Below are positions 24,701-35,500 of a stretch of DNA of 64,000 nucleotides, in pieces. Below the pieces are notes generated by a model, which did not search any database, was not told the DNA's origin, and saw only the letters and a list, made by a program, of their open reading frames with translations. Position 1 is the stretch's first letter. Every line of letters begins with the position of its first letter. The stretch is from Amoebophrya sp. A120 (lineage: Eukaryota > Protista > Dinoflagellata): assembly GCA_905178155.1 (NCBI GenBank), contig CAJINV010000001.1:2035904-2099903 (forward strand). Direction: 5' to 3'. A program made the translations under genes and the position numbers.

Positions 24701-27700
24701 TGAGTCTCGCGCATGATGGAAAAAAGTTGCACCCTGTCTTCGCAACACGAGGTGGGCTGTGGGCCGGTTCTCCGTTTCATCATTTGGATCCTCGTTGTAT
24801 AGCTCCACACCTGTTACCTGGGGGGGCCCCCCGCCCGTGTCGACGCGGACTGGAGCAAGCACGAGATTCGCACTATCCCCGAGATCCTTAAACTGGCTTA
24901 GATGTTCATTTGCGACGTGAGTTATCCAAGGCAAAAAGATTGCTGCCCGTGTAAGTTTGTGATGCTCAATTACATCATGTTGCAAAGTGATTGCGGGGGC
25001 TGTCCTCCTGCTGGGCATGCGCATGCATTGCAAGGCCCGTTGTTCAAGCGCGTTCCCACGAACCATCTGCGTATGACAAGTGATTTTTGCTCTCATTTAA
25101 TGCCGTTCCGCCAAAAAAGTTCTTCGCCTACAATCTTTTTTTTGTTGGATATCAGTTACTTTTTGAGTAGTCAACTGATCGAACTGGTTATGCAAGTAGC
25201 GTCAGGACCGAAATGGACAAAGTTACAATTACACATTTGCTGCAATGCACAAAGTTTTGCACAAAATGCCATGCACAAACTACTTGCATGTGTAGTAAAA
25301 ATGGACAGCAGGCAAGCGAGGCGGATGCGGATTGGTGTGAGCCTGTAGTTTACGTATAGGGCTAAGGATACAGCTCCACCTGCGAAGTGCAAGTGGCACT
25401 ACAAAAGCTAGCAGTTTCATCTGTGCCGCAAACAGCATGCCGCATTGGGGCAAGGTGCTGGTGCCAAAATTCATTGTCATGCGTCAGTTCGATGATTATA
25501 CTGGCCTTCCAACTGGTACTATCTATCCACACTGGTGGCTTTATGCATCAATGCAAATGATTTCAACTTTGACAATTTCCGAATAAAACGTGACGCTTCC
25601 ATACTGTTCTTCAGTTTTCCCGAAAAGATCTCTGAAATCCTCAAGGGAGCCTTATCCTGTGTAAAAACGTCCCCAACCCGCACCCATGGCTGTAATGCAA
25701 ATCTGCATGCTGAGAATGTTTCTCATGCGGAGCTCCATGAGAAGCGCTTCTAGTCGTGTTTTGGCTTTTGTCATGCTCCAACCTGCGTGATTTGCTAGAC
25801 CTGTCGCGACGCCGCTGAACTAGCTAAACAAGAAAAGACTACAACGAGGCCAAACTTGTCAACATGCGCATCAACAGCTGCAACTTGTTGATTTGTCTGG
25901 CAGATTTCCCATACTGACTATCACTATGCGGTGGGAACGTTTTTGCTCAGGATAAGTCTTCCACGAAGCCGCCCAAGTTCCTTGCGCCGGTCGTCACGAG
26001 GCTGGCTCCATCTTCCCATAGTTGGTTAACCTTTTCTTCAATTTTTTCGCGAAGCGCCTTCACGACGCTATCCCAGATCTCCGGCAGGGCCTGCTGGATC
26101 ACGCTGGCAAAAATGGCTTTGGAAATTTTGTTGAACTCCCGGTAAAGCTATACACAGGAAATTTCCCGTACACGTACAAATGCGGTCTCTGCATGACAAA
26201 ACTTGGCTTCGATCCTACTTTAGCATGACAAGTTTTACTCTCCAAATTGGTGAAGTTTGTGATGCATGTTGTACATGTACGGGAAATTTGTATTGCATAA
26301 AAGCATTTCGGCGAATTGTTCCCCCAGACACCGGTGCAGCAGCGTGTCAAAAAGCAGGGTGACGGGGATGTTCAGGCCCGGTTATGGGACTCTCAACTGT
26401 TACATTCTCAACTGTTACATGAATTTGTATTGCAAGAACAGCGAAAGTGAAAGGCAGGATCTTGCAACTTTTGCATTACAGATTTGACACAGATGACTCA
26501 GATTTTGTTTAGCCCTTCGAGAATTTGTCATGCCAAGCCGCTTGGCCGTGTGGTTGTTATGTTTTATTATGGTATTTTTGCATGACAAATTCATGCAACA
26601 GTTGAGAATGTAACGTTTGAGAACGCCATACCGGTATCAGCTGCGTTGCGGTCTCGGCCGCGACCCCCATCAGCTCACTGATGTAACTGAACACCTGCTG
26701 CTGCACGAGAGCAAAAAACTGCTGCAGTTTCTCGCTCTTTTCTTTGGCCGGCACCATGTGCTTCGCAATCAGGTCGCCGATCCACGCGACAGCCGGCTCG
26801 AAGACCTCGCTTATCCTGTGGAAAAACCTCCCCACACCAGAGTTGTAATGCAGATTTGCAAAGACAGGAAGACTTGTAATGCGCATCCGCATGAGAGCCA
26901 TATCCAATCGCGTTTTGGAATTTGTGATGCTGTGAACAGGATGAGCAGATGAATCTGTGATGCGGCTGCACTTGCTAACCTGCACTATACTGCAGAGCGC
27001 AACTTGTCATGCGTGACTCACAAAACTCCTAGTTTTGTGTTGCAAAATCCCCATCCTGACTCTGGTGTGGGTACGTTTTTACTCAGGATATCGCTCTGCA
27101 GATATTCTAAGGGGCGCCTCAACGTGTTCTGGACCGCGTCGGCCGCGAGGTTCTTCAGGGCATCCGAGTCGAAAAGGCTGGGCGGCAACGCGGCTAAAGC
27201 TTGGCTGCCAAAATTCTGAACTGCACTGCCAACATCCTGAAATGTAGTAGACAGGTGGTGCGATAGTGACACCCCGCGTGGAACAGGCAGGCCACCACTT
27301 GATGTTTCCGACAGAAACGAGACCGGGTCCCGTTGCCCCGCCGGCAAGTGGAACGGAGGGAGTGGGCGGGCTATCCAGGAAAAAACACCCATCCCCATCC
27401 ATTCTTGGCATGGCAAATAGTTAAGTTGATTTTATGCATGTTTTGCATGACAAACTGGATCGATGGGGATGGGTGTTTTTTCCTGGATACGGGCAGGTAC
27501 CGCGACCGGCGCGAGGTTCCACGACGAGTAGGGGCCACCAGCTTGAAGACCACGACCACGGACCTCTGGTTCTTCTTCTGTTCCCTCGAGCGAAGATGCT
27601 GTGTGGCCAGGACCAGGATCAACATCATGCTGGATGGCCGCCGCTTCCTTGACCTTGTCATTCATTTTTCCGCCGGTCGTCGTCCCCGACGCAGGAGCTT

Positions 27701-29622
27701 CTGAAGATGCACTGTCAGGAACAAGGCCCGCAATACTAGACTGCAAAGCAGAGATGCCGTTTCGTTCGGGTGAGCTGGTACCACCCGAGGCTGGTGCGTC
27801 CGCTTGCAAATGCGATGGTGCGCCGGATTTTTGTTTTTCGTCTTGGGAGACGAGAGTACTACTACTCAAGTGGTCATCTCCGTGTCGCTCATCTTGTTGC
27901 AGGAACGCGTCGCCCGTACTGTCGTGTGGTCCATCTTCCCCGCCTTCGGTCTTCATGATGCGGCCATGATCCTCAGGATGATGGCTATCAGAAGTCGGAG
28001 GCCGCTTGAGCAACTCTCCGTCGTTTGATGTTCCACCCGGCAGCGGTGGCTCGATCACTCCTCTTTGAAGATCTTCATCTTCTTTGCCCACGACCTCGTT
28101 GTTGGTCTGCCGAAAGTGGTAACTGGCTCGCAGTGTCTCCAAAAACGCAGAGAAAGCAGCGAGCCAGCTGTGCGGAGGTCGTGAGGTGTCCTGGACGTAG
28201 GTCTCGCCCGACGCGGAGGAGTCATTATGCACTGCAAAAGCAAATAAAAAACCGCACGCAAATAAATCGCACACACATGATGTTCTTGCATCTAGTACGT
28301 ATTGTCATAAGCTCGTGGTCACTTTCCTTCTTCATCATGTGTGATTATGATGTTGATGATGATGTTGATGATGATATGATTGTCGTCTCATTTCGATTTC
28401 CATCAATGCACAATGTCAATCAACAACAAGTTGAAGATGAGAAAAATACATCTGCTTCATGTTCAGACTGTACTAATTGCACAAAGAAATCAACAACATG
28501 ATTGCGATCTTCGCGTGCGGGGGCAACAAGCTGTACAGGTGGATAGCCATCGTCCAGCTCGAGCAACACTCCTTGATTAGCCGCGAGCACTCGCTGCCGA
28601 GCGACTGCCCCTCGGAGGTTCGCCCGCTTCATTTTTCTCGGTCGCGGCGTCCTCGTCCCAGAAGTCGAAATGTCGCTGTGGCTGCCCGATTGCTCGGACG
28701 ACGTCATGCGAAGAAGATGCTGATGTGCGGACGACACGGTCGCGGTCGTACTCGAATCGGCCGCGGCCAGGGGCGAGCTGCTCTCCCGGGTGGAGGTGGT
28801 GCCAGGTGACGAGAAGTCGCTGTTCATCAGGTTGTTTTCATCCGCCGTGTTCGCGCCGTCTTCAACAACTTTCACGGCGAAACAAGCAGTGTGCGGGACG
28901 AGGAGAAAGGAGGTAGGAGAAAGGACGTCGAATAAAACGACCGCGAGCATGAAGAACAGCCACGACTGGAGGAACTGAAGCTGATGCTGTTGCACTTCTC
29001 CCATCGGTCGTCGACGACCGCCACCGTCGGTACGACGAGGATGAGGATTTTCTTGTAGTTTATTGTGATTGTGACGGCGCCGCTCATGCTCTTCCTCTTG
29101 CAAGAAGAACGCGTCAAAAACTACATCGACAAACGGAATCGCCGACTTCCTCGTGAAAGTTATCTTCTCGGGGGCGAGGACCCGGTCTGATGCTCCTGCT
29201 GTGTCACAAAAATCGTGTTCGTGCTCTTTCTCAGGAGAAAAAGTAGGACTAGTGATGTGGTGCCGTTCATCCCTGCTTGTTCCTGCTCCTCTCGTCGAAG
29301 ATGCGAATAGGTGTGGTTCTGGATGAGCGAGCAGGTCGTGTGGTTTTTTTTCTCCACGTCCCAACTTCCCCAACATCTTCTTCCACCCACGGTGTGGCGG
29401 AACGAGGGACCCCTTGCCCTTCTTGAAGACGCGGGGGGCGCCTGTTGGTTCCGGGTCAGTTCGAGTTCCTTGATGTTCTTGTCCAGCCTGGCCAGGCACG
29501 TGGGCGCGGTTCTGGACCTCCGGGGTGGAGTTGTAGTACGCAACATGGCGGGCGGGGGCGCTCACGGTTTGCCGGACCTGCTGCGGCCCGGCCATGGGCT
29601 TGATGGCGTAGAAGACCGGCAT
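3791..29622 (-). CDS. Large multi-exon protein of unknown function, tandem paralogue A (introner-rich, contains a 9.8-kb intron)
   Basis: Exon blocks are collinear and homologous with copies B and C (MPVFY.., KRANLRGAVARQ, PHSWLAAFSAFLETLRA, WNLAPVAVP, FSYISELM, VIRSGTNVLRD, LDWSWNS, FSQGLHAAL..HGISRLL, AGQTGYV). Frames join across at least 13 TIR introns. Some exon edges are approximate. Confidence 0.75.
7307..7534. mobile_element. Introner, family tatggattgcaaatatgtc..tctgg
   Basis: TIR tatggattgcaaatatgtcc / ggacatattcgccatgcgta; DR cacct/cacca; removal restores LQMV|LHRAILEFF. Confidence 0.8.
8101..10135. mobile_element. Expanded (2.0 kb) introner containing a hairpin array
   Basis: Degenerate tat..tgcaaaag..agta TIRs at 8101 and 10135; DR tggtg/tggtc; removal restores MTRP|VVFAGMS. 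Confidence 0.7.
8395..9475. repeat. Array of co-varying hairpins ctaaccNNNNttt(gcatttc)aaaN'N'N'N'ggttag with a larger nested palindrome centred ~9110
   Basis: Roughly ten imperfect palindromic units; ~62-bp tandem periodicity at 8560-8750. Confidence 0.85.
10879..11096. mobile_element. Introner, family tatc.cga.aaaaaagtgttacagtt
   Basis: TIR of about 25 bp; DR ggcat; homologous along its length to 62807-63014. Confidence 0.85.
11831..11980. mobile_element. Introner, family tatgcattgcaaaag
   Basis: TIR tatgcattgcaaaagtatcgc / gcgatgcttttgcagtgcata; degenerate DR gcgtg/tcctg; removal restores FIAG|GGNVLTKVT. Confidence 0.8.
12101..12371. mobile_element. Introner, family ..tgcaaatatgtctgggtctggaag
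   Basis: TIR tgcaaaagtgtctgggtctggaag / cttccagacccagacatatttgca; DR gaggg; removal restores VMIPS|VVEN. Confidence 0.8.
12484..12790. mobile_element. Introner, family tatcctgtgtaaaaacgtccc
   Basis: TIR tatcgcatgtaaaaacgtc / gacgtttttacataggata; homologous to 25653-25954; removal restores VALI|LPAILD. Confidence 0.75.
13460..13733. mobile_element. Introner/MITE, family tatcctgagtaaaaacgtacccacacc, nested in an intron
   Basis: TIR of about 32 bp; flanking ctctct repeat; reverse-oriented homologue of 14139-14417 and 26812-27090. Confidence 0.85.
14139..14417. mobile_element. Introner, family tatcctgagtaaaaacg
   Basis: TIR of about 32 bp; DR tgctt; removal restores FLAAK|QRAAA. Confidence 0.85.
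14478..14648. mobile_element. MITE with long TIRs nested inside the TIR of the giant introner (inverted second copy at ~19931-20101)
   Basis: TIR of about 60 bp, tatcccacagaaaaagaccgacaggtcatatttgtaatgcaaaaataaata; perfect DR gattc (14473-14477, 14649-14653). Confidence 0.85.
14790..15110. repeat. Palindromic micro-motif array (aaagtgagatctcacttt-like)
   Basis: Many gtgaga/tctcac motifs in both orientations; repeated in the other triplication arms. Confidence 0.8.
15405..15900. repeat. Palindromic micro-motif array (ccttcagaag / cttctgaagg)
   Basis: More than 15 copies of CTTC(A/T)GAAG separated by A/T tracts. Confidence 0.85.
16940..17640. repeat. Palindromic micro-motif array (agtgaaaattcactgaattttcact, tccgga) around the fold-back centre
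   Basis: Nested hairpins; a diverged mirror arm persists at 22817-23050. Confidence 0.8.
23089..23868 (+). repeat. Additional direct copy of the ~780-bp module 15898-16675, bounded by exon-copy repeats
   Basis: Near-identical to 15898-16675 and 21350-22127; one visible internal SNP (ggaatgg vs ggtatgg) plus changes in the flanking repeats. Confidence 0.9.
24290..24590. mobile_element. Introner, family ..tgcaaatatgtc..gggtctgg
   Basis: TIR tatcaaatgcaaatatgtc / gacatatttgcaatgcata; perfect DR ctcct; removal restores PGFR|RMKSMM. Confidence 0.85.
25653..25954. mobile_element. Introner, family tatcctgtgtaaaaacgtccc
   Basis: TIR tatcctgtgtaaaaacgtcccca / tgggaacgtttttgctcaggata; DR agcct/agtct. 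Confidence 0.8.
26149..26299. mobile_element. Introner, family tat.ca.a..aaatttcccgtaca
   Basis: TIR aaatttcccgtacacgtaca / tgtacatgtacgggaaattt; perfect DR aaagc; removal restores AEML|YREFNKI. Confidence 0.85.
26383..26630. mobile_element. Introner, family tatggga.tctcaa.cgttaca
   Basis: TIR of about 22 bp; perfect DR ccggt; removal restores QLIP|GLN. Confidence 0.85.
26812..27090. mobile_element. Introner, family tatcctgagtaaaaacg
   Basis: TIR of about 32 bp; perfect DR tcgct; removal restores YLQS|EVFEPAV. Confidence 0.9.
27372..27489. mobile_element. Introner, family tatccaggaaaaaacacccatccccatc
   Basis: Perfect 28-bp TIR; perfect DR cgggc; removal restores VAVPAR|PLPPFHLP, which is uninterrupted in copy B. 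Confidence 0.9.
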
Positions 29623-31502
29623 GGCGACAGTTTTGGTCCGTCGCGTCGGTCTTGCTTCCGTTTAAATTTTTAAAATTTTTTGTTTCTTAATAATGTAGAT
29701 ACTTAAAAATTTGGGTCGTGCAACTCTTCAGGGATGAAAGGAATAAAGACGTGAAAAAAAATACTGATTCTGATAATTCAAAAATAGAACTGCGTTTTCT
29801 CTGGTAAAGACAGATAAAGTAAATATGTTTATGTATAGATACTGTACAAAAGAAAAAAATTTTTTGAAAAACGAAGATAATAACGAAGATAAAGTACTAG
29901 AGACACAACGATCTGCGCAAGGATAAGAGAGTTAGTACGGTAGGAGGAAAAATCAAACGAAAATAGGGTCGATAGTTTTTTAGAGCTTCGTTGTGACTAT
30001 GATAAAGGGGGTGCGTGCAAAAAAGTCGCGCTCGTTTAAAATATTTTTTTGTCAGGTTAGTAGTACACGTACAGGGAAAAAGATTTGTTCGTCGTTGATG
30101 TTAAGCGAAAACAGGTGTTGTGCTCGTCTTAGATATAAAAAAGTGCTCCTTTTCGTTGGGTTTGAATGAGTGCGAGGAGTTTGTATTTGTAATTCTTGTT
30201 AGTTTTCCTTTGTATAAAGCGAAATTCTTCATTGGGGGGAATATTGAGAAGAGCAAGGCGTTTCTAGGTAGAAACCTTTTTGCACATACGCACAGTAGCT
30301 ATGGCAAAAGAACGCCTGGGGTGAGAGTGTCCATGGATTGATGCACGACAGTTGTTTTTCCTTTTTGTAAGTACACAAGCGTCGGAAATGGCAAGCAGAG
30401 ACAATAAGCAAAACGACCGATGGACTATTTACGATGAAAAATAAACGATCAAAGTCAAACCGAAGAACTGATCAAGCAGCCTACTACCGGTTCCGGTTGT
30501 GAACGAAAGCGATGCTCGTAGCTTGTTGCGCACGAAGATGCATGAACGATACAGACCGTCAAGTTCGTGGTACGATGAAAGGACCGAGCAGGGAGTGCGG
30601 CTTCGATGCACGACGAATTTTTATTTGGACGAACTCAGGAGGCACCTGCAACCGATTTGAATACGCTTATTTGTCATGAGGACGCACGAGTACTTACAAA
30701 TTGGAATTTACTTGACGAAATCCGAAAGGGAAGTCCACGACATGTGCAACCTAAAGAACCGACAAGTTTTGCGCACGATGTCCAGGATCACAACCGGATG
30801 CTGGACGCAAATAAATACTGTTGTCCTAAAGCTAAAGAACCTTACGTCATACGTATATCTAAGCCTCGAAAAAGCAATTGCTAGTAGCACGAAACCGAGG
30901 AAGCCTTGTCATACCGAGGGATCTGCAAAAAGAAAAAAACACTATACACAACAAAGAAGAGAGAACAGCTTTCGAGTGCGTTGCATGGAAGGCCAAAGCT
31001 AGAAGCATGGCAAAGTTAACTTCAATCCCTGTCAACCTGTTAGAATTTCACACAAAGCAAAGTTTTCGTGTGGGGAGTTTTCGGAGCATGCCAGTGTAAC
31101 AATTATACAGTAAGCTAGAGAGATCACGCCGCGAGTTATACAGTGGAACAAGGCAAGACGTATGAAAATGCTCAGAACGTGAAGATCATGAGATTTTTAC
31201 AGATGTACTACCGGTCAAATTGATGGAAATACAGGGGGACAAGGCGCGTCGTGCAGGATCAGTAAAAAGGAAAACGAGCTATCCAGTGGGGAGCTAATAT
31301 TATCGGGAATCAGTAATGCGCGTGATCTAAAAGTCGCAGTCTATGGCATTCCTGTGCCGAGTAGCAAATTAGCACTATAGATCAGTAAAAACGAGCTATC
31401 CAGTGGGGAGGTAATAATACATACTTACTCAGCAACGACCAACACACCACCATCATCCCGAATAACAGGAACAAAACCAGATGGCCACTTCAAAACTGTA
31501 TG

Positions 31503-32198
31503 TCAGCCGACGCCGCGCCTGTTCATGTAGAGCTCCCGCATGTCGTCCAGGCATCGCATCAATTCCTGCTGCAGGATCTTCGCACTATATCCCTGCTGTG
31601 TGAGCATGCAGATGGTGCCAAGCAGTGCGGTCTTTGGGAATATGGTGCTGGAGAGCTTCAGGCGGGCAAGATGGCCCCGAACAACACCGCGCTGCCGTTT
31701 CTGCATCCCGGCACTGTAGGCGGACGCAAAGGGTTTGCCGGTCAGCGTCGCCTCCGTGTTGATCGTAGTGCCCAGAATGTGGACAAGCAAGCCACAGACC
31801 TTCAGCGGGGTCGAAGTATCCAGAACAAGCCGGCAACCCGGGTAAAAATGTTCGACCATCGTATCGGCTGCGCTCCCCGCCGCTTTGATGGCAAACTTGT
31901 CGTCCGCAAATCTCCGAGCCGTGAGCAGCCTATTGCCGGACTGAAAGGCAGTTTCGGTAGCCAACGCGAAGCCGTTCGAGAGGGGCGTCCCGAACTGTGA
32001 GCCCATCGGGCAGCCGAAGGCTTGGCGGTAAACGCGCCCCAGGGCACGCACATAGGAGTACGCGACATCGTGCCGCGCGACAGTCAGGAGGTCATCGAGG
32101 TGGATGTAGTTCCAGTGCATTTCATTTGGCCTGATTCTCGTGTAGGTGACCGAACGAAGGCGGCGCTGTAGTCTTTTGCCCTTAGCAACAAAATGCTT
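31503..32198 (-). mobile_element. 5'-truncated Penelope-like (PLE) reverse transcriptase fragment, no GIY-YIG endonuclease
   Basis: YRQAFGCPMGSQFGTPLSN (PLE motif YxQxxGxPMGS), RRFADD (catalytic YxDD-like), KVCGLLV, and a PLE-type thumb GVVRGHLAR...LTQQGYS. The open frame runs from 32198 and the N-terminal RT motifs are missing. Confidence 0.8.
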
Positions 32199-32538
32199 CT
32201 AAGTATTCGTCTGGGTCGCGCCAGCTTTTCTTCTGCTTTCTTATTTAACACAGAATTAAGTAGATACTAACTCTTGTTTACAACTATTGGACAGAACCAG
32301 ACTCTTCATCTTTAATTGATGCTCTTGCTGCTCCGAAAGGGAAGTCAATCACAATGAGTAGAGTCGATTGCTAGACTTTGGCCTTGGTCTACAACAGAGC
32401 TACGTACATATTCATAGGCCATATCCTCAAGAAGAGCGAATGCTAGATACCACAACTTTACAACTGTCGACAACTTGTGGGTGAACTTGAACCAACGATG
32501 CGAAGAAGGGGCGCGATCGTCAACATCGTTTTCGTTTA

Positions 32539-35500
32539 TTATTCACCCTGTAAATCAGAACGTGAAGACTTTAGGAAATCATCGGCACGAAGGATGTCCC
32601 GATAATGATATAATGCGTTGCTAGGTGGCTCCACCTCTAGGCCCCGGGAAATCATCGTGATAGTGTGTACGAAAAGAAAAAAGAATACTAAAATCAGAAT
32701 GAAAAAAAGATTGAAAAGAATGTGCCAACGTCGAGTCCTGCCTGTACAGACACCCAACAATCATGCGCTCCCGCCGGCAATGGATGCCGATCCTCAATAC
32801 GCAGCTTTTTGATGATCATGATGAAGATGCCTTCACCTCTGCGAAAATTTGCTTTGCAACAAGAGCAACACTCCTGTCATTGATATTTCATTTTCATATA
32901 TGAATATGAGTAGTATTTTCTTTTTGTTCGGAGCTTGAGTATGTTAGTTCCTTTATCGTCAAAAAAAATCATCGACGTTGGAAAAATAAAAAAGACACAG
33001 TAAACAAGCTTTTTAAAAAACTTATTTATCAGAACGTGCATTCAAAAAGGCAGATACGAAAGAGATGAACAGGTAATTACTAGAGAGACGAATAGATACG
33101 CGTGAAAATCTCGATCTCTAGAAGTTCAACTGACCTGGTATCTCGTCTTGTTGTACGATGTGGCTGCACGCGCTAGAACGTAGAAATCAGGTTGGGAGCG
33201 CGAATCTGCGCGATCCTGCACTCATTCAAATCGGTTTTCTTCACACTGTGTTGTCGTTATGTTAAACATGACGCCAGCCCAGTATGAGGAGGCCTCTCCT
33301 CCAGAGTCAGCACGGCCAATGATTGGCGATCCAAGAACTTAATTGAAACCCTTGCTCTCCCGCCGGAGCCGGAGTATCTGATGCGCTGCTCTCATCTGCA
33401 CTCGTTCCAACTAGCCTGGTCCTGATCGCCTCAACAGCAGCTTTTGCAAAAATTCCAAACCTGTCCTGAACGTAGATATGAGAGTGCATAACTCACCCTT
33501 TCCTGCATTTGTAGGGCATGAACACAACCTCAAGCGTCAGCAAGAATGCATGATAATTTTGCACATGCACAGGACTGTAGAAGTGCTTCTATTGTGACTG
33601 CCACAACTTGTCACGCACACAATGCCAAGACGAAGACGAGGACAGGGCTATGGCAAGGGGTTTTACATCATTTACTTTTACACTTAGACTAGAGATACAT
33701 TTCAATTTCTTTGGTTTTGGATTTGGTCGTTTGTATTTGCATGACAAATGAGGGGGCACTACTTGTGCACTCTCATAGTAGTTGACGATCGGCGCGACGC
33801 CATCCGTGAACTTCACGTGCTGTTTGACAAGACCGGTGACTGAATCCAAAATCGTGTTTTCCACATAATCGAGCTTGAAGAAGCCCCAGACCAACGCGGG
33901 GAGGACCCCGGCCAAAAATGTCGGAATGGGGGTCTGCCGAACACCTGGAACCAGCAGAACAGCGGCGACCAACAAGCGAGATATTCCATGGCTGGCAGCA
34001 GATACCAGGGCAGCATACAGCCCTTGGGTGAGGAAGCTTCGTAGCTGCTCCAAAATCTTCTTACCCAAATTTTTCAAGAAGGCGACGGCTTTGTCGCGTG
34101 CGCCCATCACATGGTCCCGAATCTCGCTAACGATTGCCGATTCCATTTGAAACACCTACCCCTCCCAACGCCCGCTTGATGATGCCGATACTACCTGAAA
34201 AAATCGTCATCAGGCACACAGCAAGACCAGTGCGCCACTCGCCAGGCCTGGAAAACAGCTGGCTGGCGCCAAGGCGTCGGCCCGCTCGATTGATCGTCAC
34301 GGGCGCAGCCCTGTTGTCCAGCCATTGAAACTGGTGCGGCAATCTTGGTGAGCCCGAAGATGTGGTTTGATGGTGATGATTTGGAGGCAGTGTGGTCCGG
34401 GATCGCAAACGTGAAGCTAATCCCCCCTTCCGGCGCAAGGAAGATCCGCGCGCCCAGTTCAAGTACGCAGCCAATCAACTAGAACTAGAGTGCGCCTGTT
34501 TGCGTCTAGCCCTAGCGCTGACAGCGCTATGGAAATGCTGCTAACTACGAAATGAACAAACCAAACGAGCCCGTCTGACTTTTACTAAAAAGAGCAGAAT
34601 GTATCTGCGCCACGGGCCGCCGCACACCATCCCCATGATCGAGAAGGTAAAACTAAAAGGAAAGGTATAAGGCACAGCAACAGCCTACTTGCCAGTTGCA
34701 CTTGTGGGCTCGGCGAGAGCTTTCGCGTTGTTCAGCATACGCCTTCGGTGCACAGTATTCTAATTCTACGCAAAACACCGACAACCTACCAGCGGGGAAG
34801 TTGATAGGGTTAGGCGCTTTTTTTTTTTGTGCGTAAGATCCCCTTTTCTCGACCGATGTTTCAAATAATTTGTCCGCCTTCTCAAAAACGGGCAACGTGG
34901 TGCCTTCGTCTTGTGGTCCTGCCGAGTGTGGAGTTTTGGCAGCAGACTCCTTCAGTTTGGAGGACTCTGGGGCAGATTGGCCTTCCTCCGCAACAGATAC
35001 GTCTTTCTCGCCGGTAGTTGAGGGCTTCGCTGAAGAAGATGAAGAAGTAGTTGGAGAATCGCTTTGCAGATAAGTAGAACTCGACTCCCCCGGGTCGCTC
35101 TCGTCGTCGCTCAGAACTTCATCTTCCGCTTGTGGCAACGCGGACGGAGGGGGCTCGCTTGGTTCCAATTTCTCCTGGTTTGTTTCCCGGCGTTTTTCTT
35201 CTTCTTTTTCATGCTTCTGACACTTTTTCGCCGCCAGCTTCAATTCGTTTCCAGCAGGGCGGTTGCGATTGGCACCGGCCTCGTCTTCACTAAGTGCCGA
35301 TGCTTCCCCGCGTCCGGCCGTCATCGTCGAGCCAGTAGGAGAGTCCTCCATCTTGTCTGTCACGGGCAGTTTCGCTTCATCACCGGAAGTAGCTTGAAGG
35401 TAATTTACTAAACCTCGTTGCGTCCTCGTATGATCACCTTCTACTTCCGCTCCTTCTAAAATTTCGCTCAAGTGAACTGTGGACGAGTCGCCATTTGCTG

